Origin: a bacterium
GTDB lineage: Bacteria > UBA8248
DNA length: 64,000 nucleotides
Direction of reading: 5' to 3'
Assembly: GCA_965213625.1 (NCBI GenBank)
Contig: CBDBZU010000004.1
Coordinates: forward strand, 2,407,356 to 2,471,355
Part shown: in pieces, positions 55,419 to 64,000 of the stretch
How positions within the stretch are numbered: the stretch's first letter is position 1
How the letters are laid out: every line of letters starts with the position of its first letter
Position numbers and translations under genes: made by a program
Notes under the pieces: model-generated
What the model saw: the letters and a program-made list of their open reading frames with translations, nothing else
What the model was told of the DNA's origin: nothing
The model's database searches: none

Positions 55419-56195
55419 ATGCAGCATGGAAGGTTCCGAGTGTCCGATCTCATTCTTGAAACGAAGGCGCTGACCAAGGCGTTCGGCGCGCTGGTCGCGG
55501 TCGACCACGTCGACTTCCAGCTCCCGAAGGACCAGTTGCGGGCCATCATCGGTCCGAACGGCGCGGGCAAGAGCACGTTTTTCAGCATGCTGATGGGCGT
55601 GCAGCGGCCATCGGGCGGCGAGATTCGGGTAAACGGGGTCGAGACGTCGCGCATGCCGCCCCACAAAATCAGCCGGCTCGGTGTCAGCCTCGCCTTTCAG
55701 ATCACCAACATATTTCCCGACCTCACGGTGGCGGAAAACCTGCGCCTCGCCGCGCAGAATCGCGCCATGAGCTTTCATCCGTTCCGCAACGCCGCCGGGT
55801 ATCCGGGCGTCGAGGAGAAGATTGACGAAGTGCTCGAGGAGATCGGGTTGGCCGCAAAGCGGGCGGAACCGGCATCGAACCTGGCGCACGGAGAGCAGAA
55901 GTATCTGGAAATCGGCCTTGCCCTCGCGCTGTCGCCCGAGTTGCTGCTTCTCGACGAGCCGACCGCAGGCATGAGCGCAGTCGAAACACAGGAGACGGCC
56001 GGCCTGATCAAGCGCCTCTCCGAGAAGCTGAGCATCGTCCTCGTGGAACACGACATGGACGTCGTGATGTCGATCGCCGAGACGATCAGCGTGTTCCACC
56101 AGGGGCGCATCATCGCGGAGGGCAATCCCGAGGAGATCAAGAACGACGATGAAGTGCAGCGCGTATACCTGAGAAGCTCCGATGCTGCGGCTTGA
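55419..56195 (+). CDS. branched-chain amino acid ABC transporter ATP-binding protein (LivG-like)
   Basis: 'GPNGAGKST' and 'LAHGEQKYLEIGLAL' are LivG-type signatures. Confidence 0.85.
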   Translation: MQHGRFRVSDLILETKALTKAFGALVAVDHVDFQLPKDQLRAIIGPNGAGKSTFFSMLMGVQRPSGGEIRVNGVETSRMPPHKISRLGVSLAFQITNIFPDLTVAENLRLAAQNRAMSFHPFRNAAGYPGVEEKIDEVLEEIGLAAKRAEPASNLAHGEQKYLEIGLALALSPELLLLDEPTAGMSAVETQETAGLIKRLSEKLSIVLVEHDMDVVMSIAETISVFHQGRIIAEGNPEEIKNDDEVQRVYLRSSDAAA

Positions 56196-56895
56196 AGCCG
56201 TCCACTCCTACTACGAGAAGAGCCACATCCTTCAAGGGGTGAGCCTCGAAATCGGCGAAGGCGAGACCGTCTCGCTGCTCGGGCGGAACGGCGTGGGCAA
56301 ATCGACCACCATGCGGACCATCATGGGCCTCAACCCGCCGCGCCGCGGGCGTATTTTCTTTGAAGAACACGACGTCACAGGCATTCCGCCCTACAAAATG
56401 GCGACGCTGGGCATCGGCTACGTACCCGAAGACAGGCAGGTGTTTCCCCGACTCTCCGTGATGCAGAACCTGCGAATCGGCCTCGACCTGCTGCCGCTCA
56501 CCGAGGGCGAGAAGCAAAAAAGCCTGGACGCCGTATACGAGTCGTTTCCCCGCCTGAAGGAGCGGGCCGACCAGGTCGGATCGACACTTTCGGGCGGCGA
56601 GCAACAGATGCTGGCGCTGGCGCGGGCGATCGTCACCAAGCCGAAACTCATATTGCTCGATGAACCCACCGAGGGCCTGATGCCCGCGATGGTCCACGAG
56701 ATCGAACAGATTATCCGGTGGATGGCGGAGGAACTCGGAATCGCCATTCTCCTCGTCGAGCAGGATTACCGGCTGGCCCTGCGGGCAAGCGCGCGGGGCT
56801 ACATCATGGCCAAGGGCCACATCGTCCATAGCGGCGAGTCGGGCGACATCCTGGACGATGCGGAAACCCTGCACGAACACCTGGGAGTCTCCTGA
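56182..56895 (+). CDS. branched-chain amino acid ABC transporter ATP-binding protein (LivF-like)
   Basis: 'GRNGVGKST' and 'LSGGEQQMLALARA'. Confidence 0.85.
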   Translation: MLRLEAVHSYYEKSHILQGVSLEIGEGETVSLLGRNGVGKSTTMRTIMGLNPPRRGRIFFEEHDVTGIPPYKMATLGIGYVPEDRQVFPRLSVMQNLRIGLDLLPLTEGEKQKSLDAVYESFPRLKERADQVGSTLSGGEQQMLALARAIVTKPKLILLDEPTEGLMPAMVHEIEQIIRWMAEELGIAILLVEQDYRLALRASARGYIMAKGHIVHSGESGDILDDAETLHEHLGVS

Positions 56896-57779
56896 TGGAG
56901 CAATTCTTCGAGCGCCTGGTGATCGAATCCGTCATGGGACTCCAGAACGGTCTCGTGTTGGCCCTCGTCGCCGCAGGCTTCACCCTCATCCTGGGCGTCA
57001 TGAACATCGTTAATTTCGCCCACGGGGAATTCTACATGGCCGGCGCATTCGCCGGCTGGCTCACACTCAAGTTCGGCTCCGCCGTCTTCGGTTTCTGGGG
57101 CGCGGTGGTGATCGCGGGCGTCGTCGTCGCCGCCTTCGGGTTCGCCATCGAGCGGAGCCTGTTCCGGACGACGCACGGGGGCAATCCGTTCATTCCCCTG
57201 CTGGTTTCCTTTGGGCTGGCGCTCGTGCTCCAGCAGGCGGCCCTGACCATTTTCGGCACAATCGGCAAGTTCATGGCCCCGCCGATCAAGACGTCGGTTC
57301 CATTTTTCGACCTCGAATTCCCATTGTACCGGATCGTCATCATGGGGGTGGCCGCGCTCATCATGCTCCTGCTCTGGCTGTTCGTCACGCGAACGAAATG
57401 GGGGGTGTGGATTCAGGCGACCATCCAGAACCGCGAGATGGCCGCCTGCATGGGCGTACCCGTGCCCCGGGTGTACCAGATGGTCTTTTCGGTCGGGTGC
57501 GGGCTTGCCGCGATGAGCGGCGTCCTCGTCGCTCCGATATTCAGCGTGGACTATTCGATGGGGTCTGACATCATCGTCGCCGCCTTCATCGTGGTCGTCG
57601 TCGGCGGTCTGGGCAGTCTGCCGGGGACGATGCTCGCAGCGCTCTTGATAGGCGAGCTGGAGGCCATCGGCTCGATTTTCCTGGAGGGTTCCCAGCCTCA
57701 GATACTGAGCCTTCTCGTCCTGCTGGTCTTCCTGGTCTTCCGGCCCAACGGATTGATGGGTGAGCGGGGTCTCGAATGA
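56895..57779 (+). CDS. branched-chain amino acid ABC permease (LivH-like)
   Basis: 'NIVNFAHGEFYM' motif in a multi-TM protein. Confidence 0.85.
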   Translation: MEQFFERLVIESVMGLQNGLVLALVAAGFTLILGVMNIVNFAHGEFYMAGAFAGWLTLKFGSAVFGFWGAVVIAGVVVAAFGFAIERSLFRTTHGGNPFIPLLVSFGLALVLQQAALTIFGTIGKFMAPPIKTSVPFFDLEFPLYRIVIMGVAALIMLLLWLFVTRTKWGVWIQATIQNREMAACMGVPVPRVYQMVFSVGCGLAAMSGVLVAPIFSVDYSMGSDIIVAAFIVVVVGGLGSLPGTMLAALLIGELEAIGSIFLEGSQPQILSLLVLLVFLVFRPNGLMGERGLE

Positions 57780-58909
57780 TGGACCTCTCGCTTCGCATCG
57801 GCGTTCCTGTGGTCGCACTGATCGGGGTGACGTTCTGGCTTTTGCCGGTACTCGCGGCGGTGGAATTGCTCGCCATACTCGCCTTGCTGCCGTTCATCGT
57901 ATGGGTTTTGTCCAGGCTTCCGGACCGTGTGAAGCTCGGCCTCCAGCCGTTTTTCGGCGTCAGGTACGCCGCCCCCGTTATTTTCGCGGTGGGCTTGAGC
58001 CTGCCGTTTTGGGCCGGCGATTTCGAGCTCAGGTTCTACAGCGAGATGCTCATCCTGGGCCTGCTGGCGATGAGCCTCGACGTGATGATGGGTTTCGTCG
58101 GGCTTGCCAGCTTCGCGCATGCAGCGCTTGCGGGCGTCGGGGCCTACGGCGCCGCGATCATGCTGACCAAGTTCGGGTGGAGCCCCTGGGCGGCGATAGG
58201 GTTCGCCGTCGCCTTGGGAACGACGCTCACCACCTGCATGGGCGCGTTTTCCGTGCGCGTGCGCGACATATATTTCGGCATCATCACGCTGGTGTTCGGC
58301 AGCGTGGCGTTCATCGTGGCGAACTCGTGGGTCTCGGTGACCAACGGCGAAGACGGCATGACGATAGATTTGCCCACGCTCGGGTTTTTCGGGCTGTTCG
58401 GGGTCGAGACCGGGGAGTTTTCGCACTTCTGGTACCTGACGTTCGGCGTGGTGTTCTTATCCTATCTTTCCCTGCGGGCCTTTCTCCGCTCGCCCGTCGG
58501 TCTCGTGTTCATGGGCATTCGCGAGAACGAGCGGCGCGCCGCCTATCTCGGCTACAACGTGAACGCCTACAAGATTTTCAACACGGCGGTTTCGGGTTTC
58601 TTCACCTCGGTGGCGGGGGTGCTGGTGCTACTCAAAAACGGCATCATCGGCACGGAGCAGATGGACGTCATCCATTCGGGGGAAATCGTCATCTGGTCGG
58701 TCGTGGGCGGGCTCGGAACGCTCATCGGGCCCTTCGTGGGTGCGAGTTTCGTCCATTACCTGAACGATTTTCTGGGGGAGTACACCGAACGGGCGATTCT
58801 GGTCATCGGCCTGTTCTTCATCATCACGATTCTGCTGGCCCCCAGGGGAATCGTCGGCTCGATCATCGAGGTGTGGCGGGTGCAGCCACAGGCGGAGAAC
58901 GAGGAGTGA
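57776..58909 (+). CDS. branched-chain amino acid ABC permease (LivM-like)
   Basis: 'GLASFAHAALAGVGAY' and 'MGIRENERRAAYLGYN'. Confidence 0.85.
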   Translation: MMDLSLRIGVPVVALIGVTFWLLPVLAAVELLAILALLPFIVWVLSRLPDRVKLGLQPFFGVRYAAPVIFAVGLSLPFWAGDFELRFYSEMLILGLLAMSLDVMMGFVGLASFAHAALAGVGAYGAAIMLTKFGWSPWAAIGFAVALGTTLTTCMGAFSVRVRDIYFGIITLVFGSVAFIVANSWVSVTNGEDGMTIDLPTLGFFGLFGVETGEFSHFWYLTFGVVFLSYLSLRAFLRSPVGLVFMGIRENERRAAYLGYNVNAYKIFNTAVSGFFTSVAGVLVLLKNGIIGTEQMDVIHSGEIVIWSVVGGLGTLIGPFVGASFVHYLNDFLGEYTERAILVIGLFFIITILLAPRGIVGSIIEVWRVQPQAENEE

Positions 58910-58978
58910 AACCCTTCCAGAGCGGGATTGTTGAAAAAGATCTGGATGCACGATTCGGCGTATGAAGCCGACCGGGGA

Positions 58979-59200
58979 GGGGTTGTTGAAAAACCCGGCA
59001 TTTGAACAAACGCATTCTCCTCGCCTTGCATGCCTACGTATCTGCCTCACCCTGAGTAGCCGCCGGAGGCGGCGTATCGAAGGGCGCTCTCCCTCGATAC
59101 GGCGCGCAAGCGCGCCTACTCGGGATGAGGATGGTTTTATGGATAAGGGCGACGAATGCGCTACACGCAATTTCCCTTTAACGAGGACTTTTTCAAAAAC
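58979..59200. repeat. third GGGGTTGTTGAAAAA-TIR element with nested CTGAGTAGCC...CGTATCGAAGG palindrome
   Basis: GGGGTTGTTGAAAAACCC (58979-58996) pairs with GGACTTTTTCAAAAACCC (59183-59200). The inner part 59045-59125 is homologous to 9877-9985. A solo GGGATTGTTGAAAAAG lies at 58924. Confidence 0.7.
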
Positions 59201-59340
59201 CCGTATTTGACCGGGTTCACACGCTCAACTCCATGACAATGCGCCTGCTCCGGCTATCTGGGCGGCGGGAAAAGTTGTATATTCAGTTATCCGAAAATTG
59301 AGTGATATGGAATCGGCTATTTTCTCAAAAGGAGATTGAT

Positions 59341-60462
59341 ATGAAATGGAACCTGAAAGCATGTTCTTTCTGCTTCCCTCTCGCAATTGTCCTGGCTGCG
59401 GCTTTCGTTGCGCCCGCCTTCGGCGCGACCCCGATTTCGCCTCAGGAGAAAAAGCTGATTCCGCTCGCGAAGAAGGAAGGAGCTGTCACCTTTCTCCAAA
59501 CTTCTTTCAATAACCCGACAATCCGGCGCATGCGCGCAGCCTTCACCAAGCATTATGGCTTGGGAAGCGGCTTCAAGCTGAACTCCATCCAGAAAGGTAC
59601 GGGGCCCACTGTGTCCCAGGCACGTCAGGAGATACGGGCGAACAAGTTCAGTTTCGACGCGGTCGCCGTCGCCTCTGCGGGCTTCTTCATCGGCGCCGCT
59701 AGGGCGGGGGCTTTCCTGCCCCTGGACAGCGGCCAGTTGAAGAACCACGAGGAAAACGCAAAAGCGCGCGGGGTGTTCTATGATTACCCCCATTTCATCG
59801 CGCCTTTCTCCTACACCTTCCAGCCCGTCTGGAACTCGGGGTGCCCCGGCGTAGAGAATTTGAAGGTCAACTCCTACAGTGACATCCTGGACAACCCCAA
59901 GCTGAAAGGGAAAGTCATCGCCAGCGACGTCACCAAGAGCACCTCCTACTCCCTCACGACCATCGGCCTGATGGAGAACGGATTCGACGTGCACGGGATG
60001 TGGAAGAAGCTCAAGGCTCTCGACCCGCTCGTGGGTTTCCGCACCTCGGCGAAGCTGCAGTTGATGGCGAACTGCGAAGGCGCCGTAGACATGTGGAACC
60101 TCACCGGCCGGATGATCCAGATAATCCGCAAGAAGCCGGACCTCGCCAAGGTCCTGCGGTGGGGCACCTACAAGGAAGGCCAGGTTCTCTTCGGCATGCA
60201 GGCGGGCGTCGTCAAGGGCGCGTCGAATCCCAACGCGGCCAAGTTGTTGATGGATTTCCTCCTGACCAAAGAGGCGGTGGACATCGTCGCCGAGGAGGAA
60301 ATCAGCTTCTACTCCATGCTCAAAGGCTACAAGCCGCCCGAGTCCGTCAAGAAGTACATGATGGATTTCGACAAAGTAAAAACCCTCCCCATCAAGGATC
60401 AAACTGCTGCGGCGAAGAAGTTCAAGAAAATGCGCAGAGAGTGGCAGCAGGTATTCCGTTAA
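59341..60462 (+). CDS. ABC substrate-binding protein (Fe3+/polyamine/thiamine-type PBP2)
   Basis: Signal peptide 'CFPLAIVLAAAFVAPAFG', ~370 aa, AAGGAGA upstream. Confidence 0.65.
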   Translation: MKWNLKACSFCFPLAIVLAAAFVAPAFGATPISPQEKKLIPLAKKEGAVTFLQTSFNNPTIRRMRAAFTKHYGLGSGFKLNSIQKGTGPTVSQARQEIRANKFSFDAVAVASAGFFIGAARAGAFLPLDSGQLKNHEENAKARGVFYDYPHFIAPFSYTFQPVWNSGCPGVENLKVNSYSDILDNPKLKGKVIASDVTKSTSYSLTTIGLMENGFDVHGMWKKLKALDPLVGFRTSAKLQLMANCEGAVDMWNLTGRMIQIIRKKPDLAKVLRWGTYKEGQVLFGMQAGVVKGASNPNAAKLLMDFLLTKEAVDIVAEEEISFYSMLKGYKPPESVKKYMMDFDKVKTLPIKDQTAAAKKFKKMRREWQQVFR

Positions 60463-60546
60463 TCGCTAGCGGCATGCCCCGGCTCCGGGGCCGGGAGACG
60501 AGGCAGTCGTCTCCCGGCCTCTGAACCACTTGATCGAGGGGAGAAC

Positions 60547-62295
60547 ATGGCTGGCATATCCGGTTCGGAGGCTGTTCCCAGGAACTACCTGAGCCACCTT
60601 CGGAACTTGTTTCAGGCTGAAAATCTGACCACCGCCATCGTCAGCATAATCGTCACGGTCTTGGTGGTGACCCCCCTGATCGCCCTGGTGGTGGGAAGCT
60701 TCCTCGTACTGGACGATCTGGGCTTCGGCGCGGAGTGGGGCCTCGAGAACTACCGGGAGATGTTCCAGGATCCCGTCATCCGCAGAGCCTTCTTCAACAC
60801 CCTCTTCGTGAGTACGGGCGCCACTCTGCTGGCCACCTTCATGGGCGTATCTCTCGCTTGGATCAACGCCCGGACGAATTGCCCCCTGCGGGACAGGCTC
60901 GAGCCGATGAACCTGATCCCTTTCTTTCTCAGCCCTTTCGTCGGGGCGATCGCCTGGCACAATCTCGCCTCGCCCAAGGTCGGGATGCTGAACAATCTGG
61001 CGCGCGACCTGTTCGGGATAGAGGGCGCCCTCCTGAACGTGAACAATCTGTTCGGGATCATCTGGGTGACGGGGATATTCTTTACGCCTCTCATCTATCT
61101 CTTCGTCGTGGGTTCGCTCAGGCGCATGGACCCCTCCCTCGAAGACAGCGCGCGCGTGACCGGGGCGGGTCTGCTGCGCACCACCCTGACAGTTAGCTTA
61201 CCGCTCGTAGCGCCCGGCATCCTTTCGGGCGCCATCATCGTCTTCGTCACGAGCGCAGGGGAATTCGGCGTGCCCTTCAAGCTGGGCGCGCCCTACGGCT
61301 GGGAAACCCTGACCACCCAGATATTCACCAAGGCCGTGGGTGATCAGGCGAACACCTATATGGGCTCGGCCATGAGCATGGTCCTCGGCGTTATCACGGC
61401 CATCTTCATCTGGGTGCAGCGGCGCATCATCGCACCCCGGGAGTTCACCACCGTGACCGGCAAAGGCTTCCGGCCCAACCTCATCGACCTGGGCCGGTGG
61501 AAGTGGGCAGCCTTCGGCTACAACGTCTTCTACATTTTCGTCACCGTCGTCCTGCCCATCTTCAGCATCCTCGTGGTGAGCCTCCACAACGTATGGGTGG
61601 GCAAGATCATACCGGCGGATTTCACCACCCTGAACTACGAGCGCATCCTTTTCTTCTGGACCCCCACGGTCATACAGCCGGCGACGAACGGCATTTTGAA
61701 CAGCTTCATCCTCGCCATATCGGGTTCTACGATCGCGATGATCCTGGCCATCATTCTTTCCTTCCAGATTCATCGCCGCAAGGGCCGGTTCGTCGGACTG
61801 CTGGATTTCCTGTGCGCCGTGCCCGTGGGCTTTCCGGGCATCGTGCTCGGGATGGGGATACTCATCGTCTACATCAAGACGCCCATCTACGGCACCCTCT
61901 GGATACTCCTCCTCGGCTACGTCACCCGGTTCTTCCCTTACGGGCAGCGTAACGTGGCCTCCGTCATGCTCGCCGTCTCGGAAGAACTCGAGCAGAGCTC
62001 CCGGCTCGTCGGCGCCTCCTGGGCGACGACGCTCAGGCGCATCACCATCCCGCTTCTCAAGCCGGGCATTTTCGCCGGCTGGCTCCTCATGTTCCTGATC
62101 TTCATCCGAGAACTCTCCATCTCCATCATCCTGTTCACAGCGGGTACGGAGACCCTCTCCACCGGCATCTACTACCTCCAGGAGTACGAGACGGAATCGC
62201 TCACCTGCACCCTCTCCGTCATTCAGACTTTCGTTCTCCTTGCCTGCGTTCTCCTGTTCCGTAAGATAGTGGGCAGAGAGGCGCTCGTAGCCTGA
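60547..62295 (+). CDS. fused two-domain ABC permease (FbpB/ThiP-like)
   Basis: 582 aa with two BPD_transp_1-like halves, each with an EAA-like loop ('LEDSARVTGAG', 'LEQSSRLVGAS'). Confidence 0.8.
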   Translation: MAGISGSEAVPRNYLSHLRNLFQAENLTTAIVSIIVTVLVVTPLIALVVGSFLVLDDLGFGAEWGLENYREMFQDPVIRRAFFNTLFVSTGATLLATFMGVSLAWINARTNCPLRDRLEPMNLIPFFLSPFVGAIAWHNLASPKVGMLNNLARDLFGIEGALLNVNNLFGIIWVTGIFFTPLIYLFVVGSLRRMDPSLEDSARVTGAGLLRTTLTVSLPLVAPGILSGAIIVFVTSAGEFGVPFKLGAPYGWETLTTQIFTKAVGDQANTYMGSAMSMVLGVITAIFIWVQRRIIAPREFTTVTGKGFRPNLIDLGRWKWAAFGYNVFYIFVTVVLPIFSILVVSLHNVWVGKIIPADFTTLNYERILFFWTPTVIQPATNGILNSFILAISGSTIAMILAIILSFQIHRRKGRFVGLLDFLCAVPVGFPGIVLGMGILIVYIKTPIYGTLWILLLGYVTRFFPYGQRNVASVMLAVSEELEQSSRLVGASWATTLRRITIPLLKPGIFAGWLLMFLIFIRELSISIILFTAGTETLSTGIYYLQEYETESLTCTLSVIQTFVLLACVLLFRKIVGREALVA

Positions 62296-62383
62296 TCCGT
62301 CGCTGTACGGCCCGATATCGTTTTTTCGACATGTCCAGTTTCGGCGCTTTTTGCGTTGATGGAGCATATGAAGGAGGTTCGTC

Positions 62384-63274
62384 ATGACCGCGCAGACCAT
62401 CGCAATCATCAGTCCAGGAGAATTGGGGAGCGCTGTAGGCGGTGTTTTAAAAGAAAATGGACTCGACACCGTCGCCTGTCTCTCGGGACGAAGCGCGCTC
62501 ACGCGAGAGAGGGCTCTGGCGGCGGGATTCCGGGATGTTCCGACACTGGAAGCGCTTCTGAAAGAAGCGGACCTCGTGCTCTCCATCATGCCGCCTGCCT
62601 GTGCGGTGGAGGTGGCCCGAGAGGTCGCTGCGGCGATGAAAGCCACCGGTCATCGTCCTCCTTACGTCGATTGCAACGCCATATCGCCCGATTCCACCCG
62701 CCATGCCGGGAAATTCATCACCGATGCGGGAGGGGCGTACATCGACGGCGGGATTATCGTCGGTCCACCTCCCTGGGAAGGGAAAGTTCCGGTTTTCTAC
62801 GTGAGCGGTGAATGCACCGACCCGATGACCCGACTGGACGGAAAAGGCATCTCCGTGCGTGTCGTCGGGAGTGAGATCGGCCGCGCATCGGGCCTCAAGA
62901 TGTGCTCCGCAGCACTTCGAAAGGGGACGCTCGCGCTGCAGACCGCCGTTCTCATCGCCGCAGAGGCGATGGGGCTGACCGAGGAGTTCGAAAAGGAGAT
63001 GCTCGGCAGCCGCGAGGCCCTCTACCGACAGATGGAATCGGGAACGCGGCGGCTCCCCTCCGTGGCGGCGAGGTACATCGGCGAGATGGAGGAGATTGCC
63101 GCGGCCTTCTCGTCCGTCGGCGTCACGCCGAAGTTTCATCAAGGAGCACATGACGTCTATCGGCTCCTCGCCGAGACGCCTTACGCATCCGAGACTCCGG
63201 ACACGATTGACGGCGGCCGCACCCTGAAAAAAGCGGCGCAGACCTATGTCAATCACCTGCCGATGGGAGATTAG
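62384..63274 (+). CDS. NAD(P)-binding dehydrogenase-like protein with DUF1932-type C-terminal domain
   Basis: 'IAIISPGELGSAVG' Rossmann motif and a C-terminal 'ASGLKMCSAALRKG' block. AAGGAGG lies upstream. Confidence 0.65.
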   Translation: MTAQTIAIISPGELGSAVGGVLKENGLDTVACLSGRSALTRERALAAGFRDVPTLEALLKEADLVLSIMPPACAVEVAREVAAAMKATGHRPPYVDCNAISPDSTRHAGKFITDAGGAYIDGGIIVGPPPWEGKVPVFYVSGECTDPMTRLDGKGISVRVVGSEIGRASGLKMCSAALRKGTLALQTAVLIAAEAMGLTEEFEKEMLGSREALYRQMESGTRRLPSVAARYIGEMEEIAAAFSSVGVTPKFHQGAHDVYRLLAETPYASETPDTIDGGRTLKKAAQTYVNHLPMGD

Positions 63275-63429
63275 TGTTTCGTCCGGTGCAAAAGGGCAAT
63301 TTTTACCAACGCTAACTGTCTCGCATTCACAGCAACTGTTCATTGTCCGCTTAAAACCATTCTCCGCCGGATTTGCCCTCGCATTTCCCCGCATTTGGCG
63401 TCTCGGCGGTCTCTTCGGAATGCGCGAGA

Positions 63430-63661
63430 ATTTCATATGGGCAGGCTTAGCGAGGAATCAAAATTCCCGTAGCCCATTCATTGGGACATGCCCGGCGGAC
63501 AATTCAAATTCACCGCAGCCATTTTATATGGGCATATCCGGTGGATGAATTGATTCTTCGCAGCCGTTTCATAGGGGCAGGCTGGACGGGAGGAATCTGG
63601 TTTCCTCACAGCCGCATTCATAGGGATGGACAGGGCGGTGAAATCAATACTTCGACTGTGG
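63430..63661. repeat. five tandem degenerate ~45-48-nt units (ATTTCATAKGGGCA...GAAT-N-ATTC...GCAGCC)
   Basis: Units are at 63430, 63475, 63521, 63566 and 63614. Each has a conserved 5' block followed by a short inverted repeat (GGAAT-caaa-ATTCC, AATT-caa-ATT, GAAT-tg-ATTC, GAGGAA-tctggt-TTCCTC). The unit lengths are not all multiples of 3. Confidence 0.7.
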
Positions 63662-63775
63662 ATTGATAAAGGTGAAGCGATGATTCGGCGAATCCATGGC
63701 AGGCGTTGCGAGATGGACGAAGGCGCAAAGGCGGTGAAATCTCGCCCGTACGCCGTACGCGCGCCGGGTTTCGAA

Positions 63776-63921
63776 TTCATGAAAATATCGATAAAATTGG
63801 ATAAATTTCCGAAAAGGTTTGTAGTTGAAACTATCATGGCACTATACATCAGTTCAAAATCTTATCAAATATATTTAAAGTAATACTTTATGTAATTATC
63901 GAAATTTATCGAATTAAAATT
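63776..63921. promoter_or_regulatory. AT-rich segment bounded by inverted copies of the TCGATAAAT-box motif
   Basis: 63776-63810 (TTCATGAAAATATCGATAAAATTGGATAAATTTCC) and 63894-63921 (AATTATCGAAATTTATCGAATTAAAATT, opposite orientation). The first is homologous to 20180-20225. Confidence 0.4.
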
Positions 63922-64000
63922 TTTTTGGGAACCACGCATTTGTCCGCATTTCCCCGCGCAGGGACATCATTTGAGCAGCCACACGCCGTCCTCGCCGTCC

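Noticed and set aside
63246-63849. The 100-aa (+) and 123-aa (-) ORFs over the tandem-repeat array as real genes.
   Set aside because: The repeat unit lengths (45, 46, 45, 48 and 48 nt) break any reading frame periodicity. There is no RBS, the ORFs overlap each other on opposite strands, and their composition is atypical.
63660-63930. A chromosomal replication origin (AT-rich DNA plus DnaA boxes).
   Set aside because: The recurring box is T(C/G)GATAAAT, not TTATCCACA. Only TGTGGATTG (63657-63665) approaches a DnaA box. No dnaA, dnaN or gidA-type genes are in the window, and a homologous motif sits inside an ordinary intergenic region at 20180-20225.
63760-64000. An AT-rich leader plus the start of a CRISPR array (GTCCGCATTTCCCCGCGCAGGGAC at 63941-63964).
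   Set aside because: Only one copy of the putative repeat is visible before the window ends, and no cas genes are present. The partial match at 63380-63392 is only 13 nt. The upstream ~46-nt tandem units are too short and too degenerate to be repeat-spacer units.

Overview
This is a high-GC chromosomal segment with one tRNA, no rRNA, and no transposase or integrase. It looks like it comes from an uncultured soil or sediment bacterium, which is inference only. I support about 60 coding genes, most of them metabolic.

Gene content from left to right:
- An LLM/PPOX/CMD redox cluster (12-4486). It hides an AhpD-like gene whose second catalytic Cys codon is an in-frame TGA followed by a hairpin, so it is a probable selenoprotein.
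- An Rrf2(NsrR-like), group-III truncated haemoglobin and DUF1971 operon.
- M20, UxaA, creatininase and M24 hydrolases.
- AzlCD plus a threonine-synthase-like enzyme.
- A type I secretion operon. It comprises a PrtD-type ABC with a 205-aa repeat-bearing C-terminal tail, HlyD, an RsbW-like HATPase and an orphan 257-aa protein. A 735-bp partly AT-rich non-coding leader lies upstream.
- LeuCD-like subunits and PrpE.
- An AtuA/DUF4387/racemase/ACAD/ADP-forming acyl-CoA synthetase cluster with a Dpp/Opp-type importer.
- A form-II CoxSML-like molybdoenzyme.
- tRNA-Leu(UAA), followed by a ~2-kb insertion bracketed by 55-bp direct repeats. The insertion carries only an XRE regulator and a 338-aa protein I cannot assign to any family. 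This is my best candidate for an undescribed two-gene system.
- A FitAB/VapBC toxin-antitoxin pair.
- Liv-type and Fe/polyamine-type ABC importers.

The intergenic DNA is packed with several nested palindromic or MITE-like repeat families. In one family the central segment is flipped between the two copies. The right end carries a tandem ~46-nt repeat array and an AT-rich motif that recurs upstream of the T1SS operon. Most other ORFs in the six-frame track are antisense high-GC artefacts.
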